From an uncultured Eubacteriales bacterium (GTDB lineage Bacteria; Acidobacteriota; Aminicenantia; Aminicenantales; UBA8522): a DNA stretch of 64,000 bases. A program made the position numbers and the translations under genes. The stretch covers positions 3,967-67,966 of the forward strand of contig CAZOKP010000003.1 in assembly GCA_964580435.1 (NCBI GenBank). Reading direction: 5' to 3'. Position 1 is the first letter of the stretch. Each line of letters begins with the position of its first letter. The notes under the pieces are model-generated. The model saw nothing but the letters and a program-made list of their open reading frames with translations. It was not told where the DNA came from and did no database searches. This document shows positions 57,336-64,000 of this stretch, one piece after another.

Positions 57336-58580
57336 ATGGGTCAAGGCAAAGCTGTCTTTCTCGGGGTCGTCTTTCTTTTCTTCGGCGTGGCCTCGCCCTT
57401 TCTCCTCTCCCAGTCGAACGAGGACTGCCTCACCTGCCACGGAGACGCCGAGCTTAAGTCCGAAGCAGGGAAATCCCTTTTCTTGGATAGCGAGAAATTC
57501 CTGGCCTCAAGCCACGGCAAGGCGGAAATCTCCTGCGTCGATTGCCACGCCGACCTCGCCAAAATTAAGGATTTTCCGCACTCTTCTCCGTTGAAACCCG
57601 TTGATTGCAGCCGGTGTCATGAAGCGGCCGCCCGAGAATTCCAGAAAAGCGCCCATTATGCGGCCACGGGGACCGGGGAAAACGCTCTGGCTGTCAGCTG
57701 CAAGGACTGTCATGGAACGCATGACATCAAGGGCAAGTCAGATTATGACTCAGCCATCTTCCCCATCAACCTTCCCTCCACCTGCGAGAAATGTCATCTC
57801 GAGAGGGTGGCGGCCAAGAAAGGACCTGGTTTCGTCGGTCAATACAGGGAGAGCGTTCACTTCAAAGCCCTCGAAAAATCCGGGCTGACGATGTCGGCCA
57901 ACTGCAGCAACTGCCACGGAGCCCATGACATCAAAAAAGTTTCCGACCCGCTCGCCCCGGTCGCCCGCAAGAACATCATCAAGACCTGCGGAATGTGCCA
58001 CGTCGGTATAGAACGAGACTATCTCGAGGGAGTGCACGGCAAGGACTATGTCAAAGGCATCAAGGATGTTCCCGTCTGCACCGACTGCCACAGCGAGCAC
58101 GATATCCTCTCGCCGCAGGACCTGAACTCCACGGTATATGCAACCAAGGTTGCGGAGGTCTGTTCCCGCTGCCATGACAACATGGCTTTGAGCCGGGAGT
58201 ACGGCTTCCTGACTTCGCGCCTGAAAACTTACAACCAAACCTTCCACGGGACCGCCTCGAGATACGGGGAAACGCGCGTGGCCAATTGCGCCTCCTGCCA
58301 CGGTTTCCACGGCATCCGGCCATCTTCGGACCCGAAATCCTCCATTAACCCGGAAAACCTGCCCAAAACCTGCGGGAAATGCCATCCCGGCGCCAGCCGC
58401 CACTTCGCTGAGGGCCAGGTTCACGTCATCCCCGAAGAAATTGTCACGGCCAAATATAGGTCTGCCCATCTTGTCAAGAACATCTATATTATCGTGATTT
58501 CGATTATTATCACGGTCTTCCTCATTTTTATCGCCGCGGACCTGTTCAGACGGATTATTAGAAAGGAAAAACATGGCTAG
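57336..58580 (+). CDS. Undecaheme c-type cytochrome with C-terminal TM anchor
   Basis: Eleven canonical CXXCH motifs and the same repeat unit. C-terminal helix IYIIVISIIITVFLIFIAADLF. It overlaps the next gene by 8 nt. Confidence 0.7.
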   Translation: MGQGKAVFLGVVFLFFGVASPFLLSQSNEDCLTCHGDAELKSEAGKSLFLDSEKFLASSHGKAEISCVDCHADLAKIKDFPHSSPLKPVDCSRCHEAAAREFQKSAHYAATGTGENALAVSCKDCHGTHDIKGKSDYDSAIFPINLPSTCEKCHLERVAAKKGPGFVGQYRESVHFKALEKSGLTMSANCSNCHGAHDIKKVSDPLAPVARKNIIKTCGMCHVGIERDYLEGVHGKDYVKGIKDVPVCTDCHSEHDILSPQDLNSTVYATKVAEVCSRCHDNMALSREYGFLTSRLKTYNQTFHGTASRYGETRVANCASCHGFHGIRPSSDPKSSINPENLPKTCGKCHPGASRHFAEGQVHVIPEEIVTAKYRSAHLVKNIYIIVISIIITVFLIFIAADLFRRIIRKEKHG

Positions 58581-59349
58581 TTCTCCCCTTGTCCGCGACG
58601 ACGAGATCTTCCTGCGGATGAATCTCGCCGAACGGATCCAGCACTATCTCCTCATCGCCACGTTCTTTCTGCTCATGGTCACGGGGATTCCCCTTTTCTT
58701 CTACGAATTCAAGGCCTTCAAGTGGTTCTTCCCGACAGAGCAGGTTTTCTATATCCGGGGGATCATCCACAGGATTGCCGCGGTCGTTTTGATCATAAAT
58801 CTCATTTGGCACCTCTTTTACGCGACTCTGACGGCCCGGGGCCGGAATAACCTCAAGGTCATGATCCCCAAATTCCGCGACGGCAAAGACGCCTTTGAAC
58901 TTTTCTGGTACAACGTCGGGTTAACCCGCTTCCTCTACAGGCTGGGGTTCTTTCAGAAATTCTTCGAAACCCACCCCTACTGGCTTTTCCAGAACCCGCC
59001 CCTTTTCGGGCGCTATAATTTTATCGAGAAGTTCGAATACTGGGCCGTGGGCTGGGGCTCGGTCGTGATGATCATCAGCGGCTTCTTCATGTGGAATGTG
59101 GAGCTTTCGCTCCGCTTCTTCCCCCTCTGGGTCCATGACATCCTGGTCATGGTCCACGGCTACGAAGCCCTGCTGGCCTTTCTGGCGGTCATCATTTGGC
59201 ACATGTACAATGTCCATCTCAACCCCGAGGTCTTCCCCATGAGCAAAATCTGGCTGAACGGCAAAATCACGGGGAAAGAGCTCCGGCTGCTCCATCCTCT
59301 CGAATACCAGAAGATTGTCGAGGAACGGAAGAAAAGCCTCCGCCCGTAA
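58573..59349 (+). CDS. Dihaem b-type cytochrome, membrane subunit (FdnI/HydC/cytochrome b561-like, PF01292-type)
   Basis: Four to five TM helices with His pairs in characteristic positions (RIQHYLL…, IIHRIAAV…, HDILVMVHGYEA…, WHMYNVH). It is the last gene of the cytochrome operon. Confidence 0.6.
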   Translation: MASSPLVRDDEIFLRMNLAERIQHYLLIATFFLLMVTGIPLFFYEFKAFKWFFPTEQVFYIRGIIHRIAAVVLIINLIWHLFYATLTARGRNNLKVMIPKFRDGKDAFELFWYNVGLTRFLYRLGFFQKFFETHPYWLFQNPPLFGRYNFIEKFEYWAVGWGSVVMIISGFFMWNVELSLRFFPLWVHDILVMVHGYEALLAFLAVIIWHMYNVHLNPEVFPMSKIWLNGKITGKELRLLHPLEYQKIVEERKKSLRP

Positions 59350-59495
59350 GCCGGCACTTCTCGACTTCCTGTTAGGAACAGCCTTTTTGTTTTCGTGACA
59401 GGACCCTGTTTCCATTCCCAATGCTCACGGAAACGGGATGCGAGATCTCTCTATTAAATCTATAGTTTTTATATAAATAGTAGTATAATTTTTCC

Positions 59496-60860
59496 ATGGC
59501 TGGGGCATTCCCTCTCCGGTCCGGCTCTCAGATCGCCGTCATCGGCGGCGGCCCGGCCGGTTCCTTCTTCGCCCATTTCGCCCAAAAACAGGCCAGGAAA
59601 AAAGGGCTGGCGGTTTCAATCGTCATCTTTGACGGCAAAGACTTTCTCCAGCGCGGGCCCAGCGGCTGCAATCTCTGCGCGGGCGTGATTTCCGGAAGCC
59701 TGGAAACGAAATTGCGCGAAGAAGGCCTCTTTCTGCCGGAGGGCAGGATCATCAACCGCATCGAGGGGTACTGCCTCCATCTGGAAAAGGAAACGCTTCG
59801 CCTGTCCTGTGCCGAAAACGGAAATCGCTCTATCGCCACTGTCTTTCGGGGAAACGGCCCGCGTTATTCCCATTTCCCTCAGATCATCAGTTTTGATGAT
59901 TATCTCCTTAGGTGCGCCCAGGACAGCGGGGCCAAGGTCATCTCTCAGCCCGTTTGGAAAATCCTGCTCCCCCAAAACCCGGCTGATCGCATCGCTCTTT
60001 TCTTCGGCGGGCGGAGCTCGCTCGAGCGCTATGAGGCGGACCTGGTTGTCGGAGCCTTCGGAGTGAACACGCATCTTTTTAAGATCGTCCAAAGCCTGGG
60101 CATCGATTATCGCCCGCCTTCCACTTTGAAGACGTTCCAGGCAGAATTCAAGCTGGGTCGGTCGGAGATAGAAAAACACTTTCGAAACGACATCCATGTC
60201 TATCTGCTGCGCTCCAAGGCCATCCGCTATGCCACCGTCATCCCTAAAGGCGATTATGTCACCGTAAGCATTATTGGAAAGAAGGATGCTACGCCTGAGC
60301 TCGCGAGAGAATTCTTCGCCCTTCCGGAAATCTGGCGGGTTTTTCCTCCCTCCAAGCCTCAATGCCTCTGCTTCCCCAAGATCGCCGTTTCGGCAGCAAG
60401 AAACCCGTTCTCCAACCGGCTGGTCCTAATCGGAGACGCGAGCTTCTCCCGACACTACAAAAACGGCATTGAATCCGCGTTCCTGACGGCCATGCTGGCT
60501 GCGAGTGCGGCTTTTGGTCAAGGCGTCAATGCCGCCTCCTTCCGCCGCGCGTTCTATGGACCTGCGAAAAAGCTGATCGTCCGGGATAATATCTACGGCC
60601 GTGTGCTCATCCGTCTCCATGACGTCCTGACGTCGGTCTCCCTTCTGTCCCATTCGCATTTCTCCCTGGCCGGCAAAGAGGGTCATGCGGCCGCCCCAAG
60701 AAAGCTCAGGCGAATCCTCTGGAGCATGTTCACAGGGGATATTCCCTTCCGCAGGATCTTCGCCCTCACCCTCGACATGCGATTGCAAATTGCCCTTTTC
60801 CTGAATACAATAAGGCATCTTATCCGCATGATGAAACATTTTCTCACCGGCTCCGCCTAA
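59496..60860 (+). CDS. FAD-dependent oxidoreductase (geranylgeranyl reductase/FixC-like family)
   Basis: N-terminal IAVIGGGPAGSFFA dinucleotide motif, 454 aa. Paralogous to the next gene. Confidence 0.6.
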   Translation: MAGAFPLRSGSQIAVIGGGPAGSFFAHFAQKQARKKGLAVSIVIFDGKDFLQRGPSGCNLCAGVISGSLETKLREEGLFLPEGRIINRIEGYCLHLEKETLRLSCAENGNRSIATVFRGNGPRYSHFPQIISFDDYLLRCAQDSGAKVISQPVWKILLPQNPADRIALFFGGRSSLERYEADLVVGAFGVNTHLFKIVQSLGIDYRPPSTLKTFQAEFKLGRSEIEKHFRNDIHVYLLRSKAIRYATVIPKGDYVTVSIIGKKDATPELAREFFALPEIWRVFPPSKPQCLCFPKIAVSAARNPFSNRLVLIGDASFSRHYKNGIESAFLTAMLAASAAFGQGVNAASFRRAFYGPAKKLIVRDNIYGRVLIRLHDVLTSVSLLSHSHFSLAGKEGHAAAPRKLRRILWSMFTGDIPFRRIFALTLDMRLQIALFLNTIRHLIRMMKHFLTGSA

Positions 60861-60870
60861 AGGGAAGCCT

Positions 60871-62130
60871 ATGACATCGCCTCCTCAGATGCTGACTGAA
60901 AAGAGCACGATTGTCATCATCGGCTGCGGCCCGGCAGGCGCAAGCTGCGCCATCAAGTTGAAAAAAATGACTGATGACGCGGGGATAAGACCCCGTATCG
61001 TCGTCTATGAAGGGAAGCCTCTCGAGAAGAAAAGCCACTACAACCAGTGCCTGGGGGTCCTTTCTCCCCCTTTAGAAAAAATCCTCGAGAGCGACCTGGG
61101 GCTTCCCTTCCCTTGGACGATCGTTCAAAGGAAGATCGATGGGTATCTCATCCATGCCGGACATAGCGTCATCAAACTGGGCGGGGAGCACGCTCCCTCC
61201 TATGCTTGCCGCAGAGTCGAGTTCGACAATTACCTCTTCCAAAAGGCCAAGGAAGCCGGCGTCGAGATTGTCCCGGCGCGTGTCATTGATATGGACTTTT
61301 CAACCGACGGCGTCATGGTCTACAGCGAAAGCAATAATCTCAAAGCGGACGTCATTATCGGAGCGTTCGGGCTGGACGACGGCATGGCCAAGATCTTCGA
61401 AAGAGTCACGGATTACCGGCAGCCCCGATTTCTTTCTTCGGTCGTCACGAAGATCCATCCCGGAGAAGAAGCCATGGCCACTTTCGGTAACTCTATCCAT
61501 GCCTTTCTCCCCTCCTCGCTGCCCTCCGTCGAATTCGGGGCTATAACACCCAAAGCCAACCATTTGAGCATCAATATCGCCGGACAAAAAGTCGATGCAG
61601 TGATGATGGACAGGTTTCTCCGGCTTGATGAAGTCAGGGAGTCCATGCCGGGGCCGCTCCAGGACAATCTCCCTGAACTCGCCTATTTCAAGGGCAAGTT
61701 CCCCACGCTTCCCGCCAGAGCGCCGGTCGGTCATCGATATGTGATGATCGGCGATGCCGCCGGACTCAACCGCCCTTTCAAGGGCAAAGGAATCAATTCA
61801 GCCGTCATCACGGGGATAAAAGCAGCTCAGGCCATCGCTTCAAAAGGCCTTACCCGCTCCGCCCTCGAGGGATACCTGGAAGACTGCTGCGAGCTCACAG
61901 ATGATATCCCCTATGGAAGGGCACTCAGAGCTCTAACCATCCAGTTCTCCAAATACGGATTGATGGAGGGAGTGCTGGAAGCAGCCAGGAATGAGCCCGC
62001 CCTAAGAAAGGCCATGTTCAATGTTGTCTCCGGCCAGGAGACCTACAAGAAAACGTGGCGAGAGACAAGGAATGTCGGGCTTCTTTTCCGGGTATTTTTT
62101 GCGTCTCTTCGCCACGCCCTGAAAAAATGA
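60871..62130 (+). CDS. FAD-dependent oxidoreductase (geranylgeranyl reductase/FixC-like family), paralog
   Basis: IVIIGCGPAGASCA motif, 419 aa, co-linear similarity to 59496..60860. Confidence 0.6.
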   Translation: MTSPPQMLTEKSTIVIIGCGPAGASCAIKLKKMTDDAGIRPRIVVYEGKPLEKKSHYNQCLGVLSPPLEKILESDLGLPFPWTIVQRKIDGYLIHAGHSVIKLGGEHAPSYACRRVEFDNYLFQKAKEAGVEIVPARVIDMDFSTDGVMVYSESNNLKADVIIGAFGLDDGMAKIFERVTDYRQPRFLSSVVTKIHPGEEAMATFGNSIHAFLPSSLPSVEFGAITPKANHLSINIAGQKVDAVMMDRFLRLDEVRESMPGPLQDNLPELAYFKGKFPTLPARAPVGHRYVMIGDAAGLNRPFKGKGINSAVITGIKAAQAIASKGLTRSALEGYLEDCCELTDDIPYGRALRALTIQFSKYGLMEGVLEAARNEPALRKAMFNVVSGQETYKKTWRETRNVGLLFRVFFASLRHALKK

Positions 62131-62286
62131 GACGTCTTTCCTAGGGCTTTATTTTTGCAGGCTCAGCACCACTTTTTTCAGCTTTTCCTGGACCGTCATA
62201 GCAACATCGAGGAGGTTCGGGTTCTCCACGGCCTTCATCGAGACGAGCTGAAATAATAATCCACTTTTCCTTCTTTCCCCTTCTCT

Positions 62287-63483
62287 TTGTTTCATAGAAC
62301 CTGTAAAATAGCACAAATGCACTCCGCTGCTCAACCCCGAAATTATAGCAGGACCACTTCCAAAAGGGCATATCTTGTCCTCGAGAACGGGGTCATCTTC
62401 GAGGGACGGAGCGCAGGTTTTGAGGGGGACGCAGAAGGCGAAATCGTCTTCAACACCTCGATGACAGGGTATCAAGAGATCCTGACCGACCCGTCCTACA
62501 AAGGCCAGATTGTGACCATGACCTATCCGCTTATCGGCAACTATGGCGTCAATGCCGAGGACGTCGAATCCGGCAAGCCCTGGGTGGAAGGTTTTGTCAT
62601 CAAAGAAATGGCCGCTGCGCCGTCCAACTGGAGATCGCAGGAAAGCCTGACCGGCTACCTGAAGCGGCACAGGATCCCGGCCATCGAGGGAATTGACACA
62701 CGAAAACTGACCAAAATGATCCGCCAGAGCGGCGCCCAGAGGGCCCTCATCTCGACCTCGGAAAAGGATGTCAGGACGCTCTTGGAGCGGGTGAAAAAAA
62801 TCCCTTCCATCGTCGGCCTGGATCTGGTCAAAGACGTAACGACGTCCGAGCCGTACAAGTGGCGGAGAGGTGCTTATGACTGGCCCAAAGGATATCCAGA
62901 GAGACGGCGGTTTAAGTACCTCGTGGCCGCCTATGATTTCGGAATCAAGAGAAACATCCTCCGCAGTCTCGTGAACGAGAAAATGGAGGTGGTCGTTGTC
63001 CCCGCCCAGACTCCGGCAGAGGAAATCCTGAAGCTCAAACCCGACGGAGTGCTACTCTCCAATGGTCCCGGAGACCCGGCTCCGCTCGCATACGCCATCG
63101 AAAATATCAGAGCTATGGTCGGCAGAGTGCCCCTCTTCGGGATCTGCCTGGGCCACCAGCTATTGGCCCTGGCCCTGGGAGGCAAGACCTACAAGCTCAA
63201 GTTCGGCCATCATGGCGCCAATCATCCGGTAAAGAACCTGGAAACAGGCGCGATCGAGATCACATCGCAAAACCATGGGTTCGCTGTCGATATAGAATCC
63301 CTCAAGGGACTGGCCAACCTGACCCACGTCAACCTCAACGACCTGACTTCTGAGGGATTCTCCCTGAAAGAAAAATTTCTTTTTACCGTCCAGTACCATC
63401 CGGAGAGCTCCCCGGGCCCCAGGGATTCCCGGTATCTCTTCCATGATTTCAGCCGCATGATCGAAAACTTTAAGGGGAAATAA
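62287..63483 (+). CDS. carA: Carbamoyl-phosphate synthase small (glutamine amidotransferase) subunit
   Basis: [18 protein letters not shown]…[12 protein letters not shown]…, and the GATase triad region ([13 protein letters not shown]…H…E). The true start may be the internal Met at ~62320. Confidence 0.9.
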   Translation: MFHRTCKIAQMHSAAQPRNYSRTTSKRAYLVLENGVIFEGRSAGFEGDAEGEIVFNTSMTGYQEILTDPSYKGQIVTMTYPLIGNYGVNAEDVESGKPWVEGFVIKEMAAAPSNWRSQESLTGYLKRHRIPAIEGIDTRKLTKMIRQSGAQRALISTSEKDVRTLLERVKKIPSIVGLDLVKDVTTSEPYKWRRGAYDWPKGYPERRRFKYLVAAYDFGIKRNILRSLVNEKMEVVVVPAQTPAEEILKLKPDGVLLSNGPGDPAPLAYAIENIRAMVGRVPLFGICLGHQLLALALGGKTYKLKFGHHGANHPVKNLETGAIEITSQNHGFAVDIESLKGLANLTHVNLNDLTSEGFSLKEKFLFTVQYHPESSPGPRDSRYLFHDFSRMIENFKGK

Positions 63484-63484
63484 C

Positions 63485-64000
63485 GTGCCCAGGCGTCAGG
63501 ACATCCACTCCATATTAGTCATCGGGTCAGGCCCGATCATCATCGGCCAGGCCTCCGAGTTTGATTACTCGGGAACTCAGGCCCTCAAAGCTCTGAAGGA
63601 GGAAAATTTCAAGCTGATCCTGGTCAATTCAAACCCGGCGACGATCATGACCGACCCCGAATTCGCCGACCGGACCTACCTTGAACCTTTGACTTCAGCC
63701 TACCTCGAAAGAATCATCGAGAGAGAAAGGCCGGACGCCCTGCTCGCCACTCTCGGCGGGCAGAAAGCTCTCAACCTGGCTCTGGAGCTCGACAGTAAAG
63801 GCATCCTCGACAAGCACCATATCCAGCTCATCGGAATCACCGTCGCTTCGATCCGCAAGGCCGAGGACAGGTTGCTATTCCGCCAGGCCATGGAAAAAAT
63901 TCACCTCGAAATCCCGGACTCAGGCTATGCCTCCAGCCTTAAGGAAGCCGTAGACATCGTCAAGCGGATCCATTTCCCCGTCGTCCTCCGCCCCTCCTTC
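63485..64000 (+). CDS. carB: Carbamoyl-phosphate synthase large subunit, 5-prime partial (runs off window)
   Basis: GTG start 1 nt after the carA stop. [33 protein letters not shown] matches the conserved CarB N-terminus. It is not in the ORF track because of the GTG start and truncation. Confidence 0.85.
   Translation, partial: MPRRQDIHSILVIGSGPIIIGQASEFDYSGTQALKALKEENFKLILVNSNPATIMTDPEFADRTYLEPLTSAYLERIIERERPDALLATLGGQKALNLALELDSKGILDKHHIQLIGITVASIRKAEDRLLFRQAMEKIHLEIPDSGYASSLKEAVDIVKRIHFPVVLRPSF

Overview
High-GC (~58%) bacterial chromosomal window, coding on both strands. Many antisense shadow ORFs in the six-frame track are spurious. The first ~40 kb is mostly housekeeping and metabolism: ileS, nadB-nadC, cobO, a DapA-family lyase, a Bacillus-type long SRP RNA missed by the ORF track, Zn peptidases, a DsrE-like gene plus a PAS histidine kinase with two tandem-receiver proteins, transketolase, dgt, yggS, a dipeptide epimerase, an alpha-oxoamine synthase, secreted proteins of unknown function, a GH2 hydrolase, and an iorA-iorB-acd operon. 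From ~40.9 to 59.4 kb lies a contiguous ~18.5 kb island devoted to multiheme c-type cytochromes. It carries an Rrf2 regulator with a perfect palindromic operator. Next come an MtrA-like decaheme and an MtrB-like outer-membrane porin, a porin-cytochrome conduit. It also holds a 773-aa secreted decaheme built from two duplicated pentaheme modules with Ca-binding-like loops. An octaheme and dedicated System II cytochrome c maturation genes (resB/ccsA) follow. A 17-heme NapC/NrfH-like membrane cytochrome sits upstream of Rieske and cytochrome b genes and a 9-heme anchored cytochrome. A separate operon encodes a tetraheme, two paralogous ~11-heme membrane-anchored cytochromes with variant CX3CH/CX4CH motifs, and a dihaem cytochrome b. 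Roughly 80 haem-binding motifs are encoded in total. This looks like an unusually elaborate extracellular electron transfer / respiratory module and is the most interesting part of the window. The window ends with two paralogous FAD-dependent oxidoreductases and carA plus the start of carB. Other observations: a 17-bp perfect inverted repeat bracketing 241 nt upstream of cobO; a ~130-nt GC-rich element present in two intergenic copies; several sigma70-like promoters and rho-independent terminators.
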